In this document: piece after piece, positions 50,582-60,765 of the stretch
How positions within the stretch are numbered: position 1 is the first letter of the stretch
Layout of the letters: every line of letters starts with the position of its first letter
From: Sedimentisphaerales bacterium
GTDB taxonomy: Bacteria > Planctomycetota > Phycisphaerae > Sedimentisphaerales > SM23-30
Reading direction: 5' to 3'
Length of the DNA: 64,000 nucleotides
Assembly (NCBI GenBank): GCA_963663965.2
Contig: CAXXFK010000025.1
Coordinates: forward strand, 64,001-128,000
Position numbers and translations under genes: made by a program
Notes under the pieces: model-generated
The model's input: only the letters and a program-made list of their open reading frames with translations
What the model was told of the DNA's origin: nothing
The model's database searches: none

Positions 50582-53500
50582 ATGAAAAACGCTGTTGTGC
50601 AATTGGTTGTGGTCGTGTTAATCATGTCTTCGCTGGTGTCCGGTCAGTATTCCGGGGGGGGCGGGACGCAAGCGGCGCCTTACCAGATTGCCAGCGCAGC
50701 AGATTTGATTGCGCTGGGAGAGAATACGGGCGATTACGACCAGCATTTTATTTTAACGGCAGATATCGATCTGGCCGGGTATGAGTTTAGCCAGGCGGTG
50801 ATTGCGCCGGATACGGATAATGGTGATTGGAACGATTTTCAAGGGACCGTTTTTAACGGGGTACTGGATGGGAACGGTCATCGCATCTTAAATTTAACGA
50901 TCAACGGATCGGAACAGGATTATGTTGGCTTGATTGGCAATCTTGGAACAGACGGGCAACTAAGACACATCGGCCTGGAGAATGAAATTGTATACTGTCG
51001 CAGTTACTGTGGCGGTTTGTGCGGATTCAGTTCTGGAGCCATCTCTCACTGCTACAGCAATGGCCTCATTAATGGCAATTATATGGTTGGGGGTTTATTG
51101 GGTTATAATAGCGGCGGTCTGGTCGAAGCCAGTTATGCGATGAGTGCTGTGACGGTGTCGAGTAGTTACACGGGCGGTCTGGTGGGATTTGGCTATGGAG
51201 TCATCACTGCCTGTTATTCCAATAGTATCGTAACAGGAACCTGGAACGCCGGCGGCATTATCGGTGAGAACCGCGGCCTGATCGAATATACTTATGCCCT
51301 TGGATCAGTCAGCGGCAATGGCCGGGGAGGCATTGCCGGCAACAATATGGGTGAAATCAAATACAGCTTTTGCGCCTGTCAGATTTATTCCGAATACCAG
51401 ATCAATAATATTGGCGGCCTGGTGGGCCAGAATAGTTATGATGGTAAGATTGTCAGTTGTTTCTGGGATCGTGATGTCGCCCGTGCGGCCCTGAGCGATG
51501 GCGGATATGGCCGATCCACGACAGCCATGCAAAGCCAGGGAACCTATCAAGGCTGGGGCGGTGGTATCTGGGTAATCGATGAAGGCAACGATTACCCCCA
51601 TTTATCCTGGGAAAATACAACCGGGACTTTCATTAATAATGTTCCAGGTCGCAGTTATAGCGGTTCGGGCACAGAAAGCGATCCTTATCGATTAAGTACT
51701 GCCCAGGATATCCGGAATATGTCGCTGCGCGCAGAAGATTGGGACAAGATGTTTGTTTTAACTTCCGATATCGATTTGACCGCCCTTGAGAATTATCTGC
51801 CCCCCTGTGATTTCAGTGGAAAACTGGATGGCCAGGGATACACCATTACCAATTTGAGCATCCAGGAAGCCACCTCCTATTTAGGTTTGATCGGGTGTTT
51901 AAGCGAAGGCGGAATTTTGTGTGGTGTGAGGCTGGATAATGTAACTATTTCAGGATATCGGTATCTCGGGGGGCTGGTTGGTTTTTCCTATAAAAGTTAT
52001 ATCGATCAGTGCTCGGTGAATGGCAGTATCGGCAGTAGTTATAATCAATCCAGTCATATTGGCGGTTTAATTGGCTATAGTTTTGGAGGGGTCGTTGAGA
52101 GATGTTACAGCCGGGGTACGGTTGCCGGGACCACCAATGCGACTTATGTTGGGGGATTAGTGGGTTATCATTATGCCAGTTGCGTGATGGATCACTGTTA
52201 CTCGTTTTCGGATATCACCGTGGGAGCGAATGCCAATTATATTGGCGGCCTGGCAGGCACCAACTGCGGCGGTGATATTTACAACAGTTTTTCGGCCGGT
52301 CAGGTTGCGGCGGGGCCTAATACGGTAAACATCGGCGGATTGATTGGAGGCAATTATAACAGTAATGTGGTATCCAATTGTTACTGGGATACAGAGACAT
52401 CCGGCATGGCGTATAGCGATGGCGGATTTGGGCGTTCGACTCAGGACATGAAAACTGCGTCGACTTATATCGGCTGGGAGGGCGGCTGGACCATCGATGA
52501 AACACAGGATTATCCGCATTTATTCTGGGAGAATGCGGGAGGGATTCGTATCGACACGATTCCGGCGTGTTCTTATCCGGGATCGGGAACACAAGCGGAC
52601 CCTTATCGACTGGCCACGGCTGAGGATGTGTATTGCATGTCTTGCCGGCCGGGAGATTGGAATACTCACTTTACGCTGATGAATTCAATTGATATGTCCG
52701 GGATTATCCGTTATCAGCCGCCGGCCGGTTTTGGAGGGACGATCGAGGGTAATGGTTATCAGATTCAGAATTTAATTATTCAGGAAAACACGTCTTACCT
52801 GGGCCTGATCGGTTATTTGTCGGACAGCGGCGAACTGGTCAATGTTCATGTGGCCGATTGTTTGATTTCAGGGTATCGCAATACCGGAGGGCTGGCGGGC
52901 CTGAATCATTCCGGGACGATAGAAGGCTGCTCATCAACCGGTCAGATTGCCGGCATGGATCAATCGGAAAATATCGGCGGCCTGGTCGGCTCCAATGATT
53001 ATGGTGTCATTTCCAAAAGCTACTCAGCTTGCGAGATAGCATCTGGCAATGACAGCCGCGCTATCGGCGGCCTGGTGGGTTATAATGTCTATCACACGAT
53101 TATCGATCAATGCTATACTACCGGTGCGATCTATTGTTTGAGCAATACCAGTTGGGTTGGGGGTCTGGTCGGATACAGCTGGTATGGAGATATGCATGAT
53201 TGTTATTCAGCATGCGGTCTTCAGATTGGAGATAATTCCGGAAAGGCCGGAGGACTCATTGGATCAGCAGGATATGAAACTCAGATCGAGTATTGTTATG
53301 CGACCGGTCAGATATTAACGGGTAATCATTATTCGAGTGTGGGCGGTTTAATCGGAGACTTATATTATAATTGCTCGGTTAACGGTTCTTTCTGGGATAT
53401 GGACTCTTCCGGCTGGTCAACCAGCAATGGGGGGACCGGCCTGGATACGGCTTCGATGAAAGCTATCGAGACCTATCTGGCGGCGGGATGGCGTTTTCCT

Positions 53501-56500
53501 GGTTCATCAAGTGACACGCCGGTCTGGTATATGCCGGATGACGATTATCCTCATTTTCTATGGGATATCAAAGTATTCGTTCCTGATGTCGTGGGAATGT
53601 CTCAGGCGGACGCCAGGTCGGCTTTGCTTGCGGGGGGGTTAGATATTGCTGTGACCATGGTGAATAGCGATACCATACCGGCAGGCCAGGTGATCAGTCA
53701 GATGCCGATTGCGGGTACTGAAGTGAACGGGGGTTCGGTGGTTACCCTGGTCGTATCGCGTGGCATGCCGGTGGAAATTTATGTTGGCGATGGCACGGAT
53801 AGCTGGAATTATCCTTTATCCACCTACTATCACGATGCCCGGACGCAGACGATCTACCGGGCGGAAGACATCGGCGGGGCGTGTGTGCTGGTTGGTCTGA
53901 GTCTGGATATCACCCAGCTGCCGGGGCAAGCCATGAACAATTTTACGATTCGGATGAAGCATACGGATTTGAATGACTACTCCAGTTCGGCCTACTGGGA
54001 GGCGGAAGGCTGGACGGTGGTCTACCAGGCGAACGAAACCATTGAATCGGCCAATTGGGTGGATTTTGTGTTTCAGGCGCCTTTTGTCTACAATGGTGTT
54101 CAGAATCTGATGGTGGATATTTCCTTTAACAACAACTACTATACCTCAGATGGATTATGCCGCTGCTCGACACTGGGGGGCATGCGTTCGCTCTATTATC
54201 GAACGGACAGCGGTTATGGCGATCCGCTGAACTGGTCAGGGTATAGTCCCTCCCCGATGGGTTCCAATTTCAGTCCGAATCTTCGGCTTGCCCTGGGAAG
54301 TGGAACCATGGTCACTGTGCCGGATATAACAGGCCTGACCCAGACGGAGGCAGAGTCTGCGTTGTTGGCGGCCGGGTTGAAGATCGGCAGGGTGACCCAG
54401 GGCTTTAGCGATCTGGTTGAATCAGGTTTGATCATCAGCCAAATGCCAGCGGCCGGAAGCATGATACCCGAGGGATTTGGCATCAGTATACAAATATCAC
54501 TGGGCCGGCACTATTCGGGTGGAAGCGGCACGGCTGACAATCCCTATAGAATCGCTACCATGGCGGACTGGGTAAACCTGACATGGGATAGCGCCAGTTG
54601 GGATAAACATTTTATTGTGACTGCGGATATTGACTTTGGGGGTGCGGAGATCACCCCGGTGGCTTTTGACAGCAACTCCTCCAGCAACGGTTTTCAGGGA
54701 ACTTATTTTACCGGAACGCTGGATGGCGGCGGGAAGGTTCTGAGCAATTTCGTTATTAATCAGCCTGAGAGTGATTATGTGGGATTGTTTGGCTATATCC
54801 GTTGGGGTGGTCAGGTGATGGATCTGGGATTACATGGAATAGTAACTGGCCGTCATTATGTCGGCGGGCTTTGCGGGTATAATTATGGAACGCTTAGTCG
54901 TTGTTTTGCTGGCGGTACAATTACTGGAAGAAATTATCTTGGAGGTTTTTGTGGATGGAATGGGGGCAGCATTACCCATTGTTATGCCACAGGATCGGTT
55001 TCCGGGAACTATGCTATTGGCGGGTTATGCGGCTATAGTGCGTATGGTACGATCGGGCAGAGTTACGCTGCCGGGTCCATTAATTCAACAGGAAGTTCTG
55101 GCGGGCTGTGTGGATCCAATAGGGATAGTAACGTATTCGATAGTTATTGGAATATTGAAACGTCGGGGTTGTTCTACAGCCAGGGCGGTTGGGGCTTAAC
55201 CGATGAACAGATGAAGCAGGCCGGGAGTTATTATGGCTGGCAGGATGGGGTCTGGACCATTGTAGAAGGAGAGGCATTTCCACGGCTGGCCTGGGAGCAT
55301 GGCAGCGGTGATGTCATCGCGACCGATTACCCAGCCCGGACATACGGTGGATACGGCAGCGAAACCGATCCGTTCCAGATAGGCAGTGTCGATGATCTGG
55401 TCAGCCTGAGCCGCCGGACGGATGATTGGAGCGCGAGTATTGTACTTATGGCGGATATCGATCTGGAGGGAATCCCATTCAGTTATCCGGTAATTGCCGG
55501 TGGCGGCGGTCAATTTAATGGCGTATTCACAGGCAATAATCATGTCATTTCCAATCTGGCCATTTCAGGTGAAGGACAGAGTTGTATTGGATTAATTAGC
55601 ACAATAGGGTATGACGGCCAGGTCAGTCATCTGGGACTGGAAGATCTGAATATTGCCGGTGGGGATAGGGTTGGTGGTGTGTGCGGGATCAATCGGGGTA
55701 TGGTTACCCAGTGTTATATGACTGGCGCGGTGGCGGGCAACTCTTCTGTTGGCGGCTTGTGTGGTTCTAATTCAGGCATGATCAATCAGTGTTATACGAT
55801 GGGTACGATTACGGGCCAGTCTGGCGAGATTGGGGGTTTATGCGGCGATCATGATTATGGTTTGATCACCCAATGTTATTCTGTCAGCTCAGTAGCCGGG
55901 GCAGAATATTCATATAATGTTGGTTCGTTATGCGGGATGTATGATGGCGCTGGGGCTGAAAACAATTATTATCTCCGTTCTCCGGGCCATACCGATGATC
56001 GCGCCATGGGGTTGACAGACACAGAAATGACTTGCCGGGAGAGTTTTTCCCATTGGGACTTTGCCGGCATCGTGGAAGACGGTACGGCAGATGTCTGGGC
56101 CATTGAAGAGGGGGCGGACTCCCCCCGGTTCGCCTGGCAGGAACTGGCCGAACAAGCAGTGCCTGATGTATTAACGTTATCTCCGACTGAGGCCGCTACG
56201 ATTTTACAGAATAACGGTTATGAACCAGGTTCGATCCGTTATTATTACAGCGATACGATTCCTGCGGGCCGGATAATCTATCAGTCGGCCACGGCGGGTC
56301 ATCGCGTGACACGTGGCCGAACGATCGGTTTGTACGTTTCCAGGGGGCGTTCGCCTTATGGCGGGGGCGGAGGTTATCAGGCTGATCCCCTCCGGATCGA
56401 TGATTTAGGCGATTTTCTGCTGCTATCTTACCGGCCGCAGGATTACGACAAGTATTTTGTTTTGACCTCGGATATCGATTTAACGGGGATGGGAGACAAT

Positions 56501-59116
56501 CCGAACGGCAGCTTCAGTAGCGCCGTAATCGGAGCGGTGGCGGGCGACCTGTGGGATGAAGGTGGCGATGTTGAAGGGGCGCCCTTTACCGGGGTGCTGG
56601 ATGGCGGAGGTCATACGATATCCGGTCTGGTTATCGAACCGGTCCTGCTCGATGATGATTATGATGAGATCGAGGCGGTCGGTTTGTTTGGCCAGATACG
56701 GGGCGGCCGGATCAGCCACTTGCGATTACAGCATTGTATGATTGTGTATGCCGGGGAAGACCAATGCAGATGTTTTGGCTTATTGGCAGGCTGTCTGGAT
56801 AACTCCAGGGTGACTGATGTGATGGTTGCCGGAGATATCGCCCTCGCGACAGATGATGCAGAATATATTGGCGGTGCGGCCGGGCGGATGCTGGGTTCGA
56901 GTTTGGAGCGGGTAGCCATGACCGGTTCGGTGATGGTGACGGGGGTGGATAACGGGGTTATAGGCGGATTAATTGGCTGTGTGGGAGATGGAGGTTATGA
57001 TAGCAGCAAAATTGTTGAGAGTTACGCAAACACCCGTTTGATGATCACCGGTGGAGAATCTATCGGTGGTCTGATTGGTGTTGGCGGATGGGGTATTGAG
57101 ATCGCCGACAGTTTTGCCTGGGGCAGGATCGAAGCGGGTGATTCAGATATGACAGGAGGATTTGCCGGCGAGTTTTATGGACGGTTGGAGCGCTGCTATG
57201 CCGCGGTCCAACTGGCCTGTGACGAGGAGGATGGCGAGGTCGGGGGATTGCTGGGCTATTATGAGTTCGGGGATGATGGATATCTTGCCGATCCAAGCGG
57301 TGTGTATCGCTCTTACTGGGATATGGTCCGATCCGGCCTGGTACTCGAAGATGACGATGATAATTATGCCAATACCAGAGCGGCCCTGGCACCCAGCAGG
57401 ATGCGGGATCGTGAGACCTATCGTTTGAGTGGATGGGATTTGGATAACGAGAGTGAAAACGGCCGGGCAGATATCTGGGTAATGGCAGATGGTCATTATC
57501 CGACGTTCACCTGGCAGGATACGGTTATGGCGCCGGATGTGCGAGGGATGTCGCCCCAGGATGCCCAGGGTACCCTGCAAGCCGCCGGGTATGTTGTCGG
57601 CGAGGTGGTCGATTGCTATCATGACGACATGGCACCGGGTCAGATAGCCGTTCAAATGCCTCCGGCCGGTTCCGCCATGGCGGTGGGGCAGGCGGTGGAT
57701 CTATTCCGGGTCATTGGCCGCTCGCCTTATTCACAAGGCGGCGGGGGTTATGTGGGTAATCCGCTGAAAATTACCTCGTTGGATGATTTGATATTATTGG
57801 CCAGCCGAACTCAGGATCACGATCAGTATATTGCCCTGATGGCCGATATCGATTTGAGCGAGGCGGGCGGCAATCCGGACGGCAGTTTTGCCGGGCCCTT
57901 GCTGGGTGCGTCTGATCTGGATTCTGATGGCACCCCGTTCAGCGGGGCGCTGGATGGCAGGGGACACTCCATTTCCGGTTTCAGGCTAAACGCTACCGGA
58001 GAAGAGGCGATGGGCGTCGGCTTGTTTGGCCTGGTCGAAGGCGGCCGGATCAGTCATCTTAAGTTGTGCGATTCAGCCATTCATTATAACAATGAATCGG
58101 GCTGGTGTTATTATGCCGGTTTGCTGGCCGGCAATCTGGCGCATGCCATGGTTGACGATGTTCAGGTAGACGGTCTGGTATCCATCCATAGCGCCTGTGA
58201 TGCCGTTGGCGGCACAGCAGGTTGGGCGAGTGATTCGCTATTGGACCGGATTGTTATGTCCGGAACCGTTTCGGTGTCGGGTTATTCAAATGATATGGGG
58301 GGAATTGGCGGCTTAGTGGGGTATGTGGAACGCAACAGCCAGTTGCAACGGTGTTTGTCCCGGACAAATCTGGATGTGATATCGAATTGGGGCGTGGGCG
58401 GCCTGGTTGGCAAGCTGGGCAACTCTGATTACGAGAATTATGACAGCAGCCGTATCGATCAGTGCTGTGCCGATGGAATTATGACGGTCAACGGATGTGA
58501 AAGCTGCGGCGGTCTGGCCGGCAGCATCTACTCAACTGCGCAAGTCACTAACAGCTATGCCCGGGGGCAGCTGGAAGCGATTGAATGTTATATTCTGGGC
58601 GGGCTGGTCGGGTATCAGGAAGTTGCCCGAATCGAAAACTGCTATGCCTCAGTGACCCTCTTACTGGGTGAAGGTTGCGACAACATCGGCGGACTGGTGG
58701 GATACTGTGAAGACGACTGGTATGAGGAAGAATGGCTTAATTCCCGCTATGGAGCTTTTAATAGTTTCTGGGATGCCGAATGTTCGGGATTGCCGCTGGA
58801 TGGAGGTGATTATGAATTTTGTTTTCTGGGCGCCGGGTTAACCACGAGTGAGATGCAGGATATCCAGACGTATCTGGGGGTGGGTTGGGATTTTATTGGT
58901 GAGGAAGCTAACGGGATAGATGGCGCCTGGAGGATGCCCTATCTTCAGCCAGATTATCCCATGCTTGCCTGGCAGAAAGATATTCCCGGCGATTTGTCCG
59001 GAGAGTATGGCGTGGATATGGCTGATTGGGATTTCCTGTCGGCTGACTGGCTGGCAGGATATGATTTGGCTGACTTGAGTGAGCTGGTTGAATACTGGCT
59101 GGCAGGATTGAGGTGA
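50582..59116 (+). CDS. Very large secreted GLUG-motif beta-helix repeat protein with four PASTA domains and dockerin-like C-terminus
   Basis: Repeated YSGG.GT...PY.I, F.LT.DIDL and GGL.G modules. PASTA repeats VPDVVGMS, VPDITGLT, VPDVLTLS and APDVRGMS. C-terminal GDLSGEYGVDMADW. AAGGA RBS and signal peptide support the start at 50582. Confidence 0.9.
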   Translation: MKNAVVQLVVVVLIMSSLVSGQYSGGGGTQAAPYQIASAADLIALGENTGDYDQHFILTADIDLAGYEFSQAVIAPDTDNGDWNDFQGTVFNGVLDGNGHRILNLTINGSEQDYVGLIGNLGTDGQLRHIGLENEIVYCRSYCGGLCGFSSGAISHCYSNGLINGNYMVGGLLGYNSGGLVEASYAMSAVTVSSSYTGGLVGFGYGVITACYSNSIVTGTWNAGGIIGENRGLIEYTYALGSVSGNGRGGIAGNNMGEIKYSFCACQIYSEYQINNIGGLVGQNSYDGKIVSCFWDRDVARAALSDGGYGRSTTAMQSQGTYQGWGGGIWVIDEGNDYPHLSWENTTGTFINNVPGRSYSGSGTESDPYRLSTAQDIRNMSLRAEDWDKMFVLTSDIDLTALENYLPPCDFSGKLDGQGYTITNLSIQEATSYLGLIGCLSEGGILCGVRLDNVTISGYRYLGGLVGFSYKSYIDQCSVNGSIGSSYNQSSHIGGLIGYSFGGVVERCYSRGTVAGTTNATYVGGLVGYHYASCVMDHCYSFSDITVGANANYIGGLAGTNCGGDIYNSFSAGQVAAGPNTVNIGGLIGGNYNSNVVSNCYWDTETSGMAYSDGGFGRSTQDMKTASTYIGWEGGWTIDETQDYPHLFWENAGGIRIDTIPACSYPGSGTQADPYRLATAEDVYCMSCRPGDWNTHFTLMNSIDMSGIIRYQPPAGFGGTIEGNGYQIQNLIIQENTSYLGLIGYLSDSGELVNVHVADCLISGYRNTGGLAGLNHSGTIEGCSSTGQIAGMDQSENIGGLVGSNDYGVISKSYSACEIASGNDSRAIGGLVGYNVYHTIIDQCYTTGAIYCLSNTSWVGGLVGYSWYGDMHDCYSACGLQIGDNSGKAGGLIGSAGYETQIEYCYATGQILTGNHYSSVGGLIGDLYYNCSVNGSFWDMDSSGWSTSNGGTGLDTASMKAIETYLAAGWRFPGSSSDTPVWYMPDDDYPHFLWDIKVFVPDVVGMSQADARSALLAGGLDIAVTMVNSDTIPAGQVISQMPIAGTEVNGGSVVTLVVSRGMPVEIYVGDGTDSWNYPLSTYYHDARTQTIYRAEDIGGACVLVGLSLDITQLPGQAMNNFTIRMKHTDLNDYSSSAYWEAEGWTVVYQANETIESANWVDFVFQAPFVYNGVQNLMVDISFNNNYYTSDGLCRCSTLGGMRSLYYRTDSGYGDPLNWSGYSPSPMGSNFSPNLRLALGSGTMVTVPDITGLTQTEAESALLAAGLKIGRVTQGFSDLVESGLIISQMPAAGSMIPEGFGISIQISLGRHYSGGSGTADNPYRIATMADWVNLTWDSASWDKHFIVTADIDFGGAEITPVAFDSNSSSNGFQGTYFTGTLDGGGKVLSNFVINQPESDYVGLFGYIRWGGQVMDLGLHGIVTGRHYVGGLCGYNYGTLSRCFAGGTITGRNYLGGFCGWNGGSITHCYATGSVSGNYAIGGLCGYSAYGTIGQSYAAGSINSTGSSGGLCGSNRDSNVFDSYWNIETSGLFYSQGGWGLTDEQMKQAGSYYGWQDGVWTIVEGEAFPRLAWEHGSGDVIATDYPARTYGGYGSETDPFQIGSVDDLVSLSRRTDDWSASIVLMADIDLEGIPFSYPVIAGGGGQFNGVFTGNNHVISNLAISGEGQSCIGLISTIGYDGQVSHLGLEDLNIAGGDRVGGVCGINRGMVTQCYMTGAVAGNSSVGGLCGSNSGMINQCYTMGTITGQSGEIGGLCGDHDYGLITQCYSVSSVAGAEYSYNVGSLCGMYDGAGAENNYYLRSPGHTDDRAMGLTDTEMTCRESFSHWDFAGIVEDGTADVWAIEEGADSPRFAWQELAEQAVPDVLTLSPTEAATILQNNGYEPGSIRYYYSDTIPAGRIIYQSATAGHRVTRGRTIGLYVSRGRSPYGGGGGYQADPLRIDDLGDFLLLSYRPQDYDKYFVLTSDIDLTGMGDNPNGSFSSAVIGAVAGDLWDEGGDVEGAPFTGVLDGGGHTISGLVIEPVLLDDDYDEIEAVGLFGQIRGGRISHLRLQHCMIVYAGEDQCRCFGLLAGCLDNSRVTDVMVAGDIALATDDAEYIGGAAGRMLGSSLERVAMTGSVMVTGVDNGVIGGLIGCVGDGGYDSSKIVESYANTRLMITGGESIGGLIGVGGWGIEIADSFAWGRIEAGDSDMTGGFAGEFYGRLERCYAAVQLACDEEDGEVGGLLGYYEFGDDGYLADPSGVYRSYWDMVRSGLVLEDDDDNYANTRAALAPSRMRDRETYRLSGWDLDNESENGRADIWVMADGHYPTFTWQDTVMAPDVRGMSPQDAQGTLQAAGYVVGEVVDCYHDDMAPGQIAVQMPPAGSAMAVGQAVDLFRVIGRSPYSQGGGGYVGNPLKITSLDDLILLASRTQDHDQYIALMADIDLSEAGGNPDGSFAGPLLGASDLDSDGTPFSGALDGRGHSISGFRLNATGEEAMGVGLFGLVEGGRISHLKLCDSAIHYNNESGWCYYAGLLAGNLAHAMVDDVQVDGLVSIHSACDAVGGTAGWASDSLLDRIVMSGTVSVSGYSNDMGGIGGLVGYVERNSQLQRCLSRTNLDVISNWGVGGLVGKLGNSDYENYDSSRIDQCCADGIMTVNGCESCGGLAGSIYSTAQVTNSYARGQLEAIECYILGGLVGYQEVARIENCYASVTLLLGEGCDNIGGLVGYCEDDWYEEEWLNSRYGAFNSFWDAECSGLPLDGGDYEFCFLGAGLTTSEMQDIQTYLGVGWDFIGEEANGIDGAWRMPYLQPDYPMLAWQKDIPGDLSGEYGVDMADWDFLSADWLAGYDLADLSELVEYWLAGLR

Positions 59117-59146
59117 TTTGAAATAGAATTATATCAGGAATGTTCC

Positions 59147-60742
59147 TTAGTTAGTGTTAAGAGTTTGAAGCGCGTAGAGAAATCGCTGGGTGGCCAGGTA
59201 CATGGCGCCGTTGGCGACAATGGGAGTGTTGTACATACTGTCGGGTAACCGCAAATGGCGTATGATTTGTTTCTCACGATCCGCTTTGAAAATCCAGAAG
59301 TCACGATGTTCGTTGCCGAAGTAGACTTTACCATCGGCGGCCAGGGTGGAACTCCAGACTGGGGAACTGGTTTGGTGGGTCCAGTATTGCCGGCCGGTTT
59401 CGGCGTCAAAACAATACAGGTTACCGGAGAAATCGAGAATATAGAGCAGGCCATCCTGGATGGAAGGGGTGGACAGGCTGCGGTTAACGGCCTTACTGGT
59501 CCAGATGATCCCGTTTGAGGTGATATCGCCTTGTTGCGTAGCGTCGATACAGGTAATCGCCCCATCGCCACGGCCATGGCGTGGATCCTGGCCGATGGTG
59601 ATATAAACCTTATCGCGATAGAACACGGGCGTACTGATTATTTCGCTGGGGCCCTGTCCCCATTTCTCGCTGTTAAAACTGGTATGGCTTTTCTGGTAGG
59701 GTATCTTTTTGTATTCGGGCGGATTGCAATCGCAGGACCAGACGAGTTTCAGGGTGGATATTTCGCGGTTGTCTGTCCAGTCAGCGGGAGGTTCGAACGC
59801 ATAGCAGACACCATCACCCCCACCCCAGAAGATCAAGGGTCTGCCATTGACAACTCCCAGGGAAGGGTTGGACCAGTGACCATGAAAGAGACGGTGTGCG
59901 ACTTTTTCATCGTCGCGGGCGACCAGGCGGCCCGTATTTTTATCCAGGACAATCAGGCTGGGTGAATCTGGAAACGGCACCCTGGTATGGGATCGATCCA
60001 CTCCATTGGACGTGCAGACGATCACCCCATCGCGATAAAGCAGCACCGAGCAGTTGCTGGCATCCTGGGGCCAGACGGGTATTTCCTTGAGCATGTCGTA
60101 GCGCCAGATGATATCGGCATCCATGTGTCCCAGTTCGGTATCGGGATTTTTACCATCGGACATGTAAGCCGCTTCATCCTGAAAGGGGCCGTCATTGCCG
60201 TTGGCCATCCCTTCAGTATCCAGGCACAAGACTTCACACCGGTTACTGACGAGATAGACGCGATTACCAAGAACAGTTGGGGAGGAGCAGACTCCATAAC
60301 TGCCATCATCGAAATTGAAACTTTTATCACTGGTCTGAAAACGCGGGATGACCAGCCGCCAGAGGAGTTGACCGTCTGCTTCAGAGAAACAGAGCACCAT
60401 TCCACCCCGGGTCTTGCTGAAGCGCGGATCGTCCAGATAGGCATCGTTGGTGCCGACGAAGACTTTTCCACTCGAGACGGTTGGGTTGCCATAGGTTTGC
60501 GAACCGAGTCTGGCCGCCCATTTAACATTGCGGGTGGTGGACAGGTCGACCACATAGTCATTGGATTGATTACGTATGGCTTTACCAAGTTCGAAATCGT
60601 CCGGGAGGTTTTTCGCATTGGAAATCATGTTTCGATTATCACTGCCACCCCATTGCGGCCAGTCTTCCTGGCCGGCGTGGAGCAATGGATGGAGTGAGAT
60701 CAAGGTGAGGAACAGCTTGAGGGAATTTTTCCATTTGAGCAT
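59147..60742 (-). CDS. PQQ-like beta-propeller repeat protein, secreted
   Basis: DWPQWGG..RN, LGSQTYGNP, GVCSSP, SEIISTPV, SLSTP, YNTPIVANG. Signal peptide from MLKW (60742) avoids overlap with the GH95 gene. Confidence 0.85.
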   Translation of the reverse strand: MLKWKNSLKLFLTLISLHPLLHAGQEDWPQWGGSDNRNMISNAKNLPDDFELGKAIRNQSNDYVVDLSTTRNVKWAARLGSQTYGNPTVSSGKVFVGTNDAYLDDPRFSKTRGGMVLCFSEADGQLLWRLVIPRFQTSDKSFNFDDGSYGVCSSPTVLGNRVYLVSNRCEVLCLDTEGMANGNDGPFQDEAAYMSDGKNPDTELGHMDADIIWRYDMLKEIPVWPQDASNCSVLLYRDGVIVCTSNGVDRSHTRVPFPDSPSLIVLDKNTGRLVARDDEKVAHRLFHGHWSNPSLGVVNGRPLIFWGGGDGVCYAFEPPADWTDNREISTLKLVWSCDCNPPEYKKIPYQKSHTSFNSEKWGQGPSEIISTPVFYRDKVYITIGQDPRHGRGDGAITCIDATQQGDITSNGIIWTSKAVNRSLSTPSIQDGLLYILDFSGNLYCFDAETGRQYWTHQTSSPVWSSTLAADGKVYFGNEHRDFWIFKADREKQIIRHLRLPDSMYNTPIVANGAMYLATQRFLYALQTLNTN

Positions 60743-60765
60743 AGTTGGCATTCTTCGGTATACGG

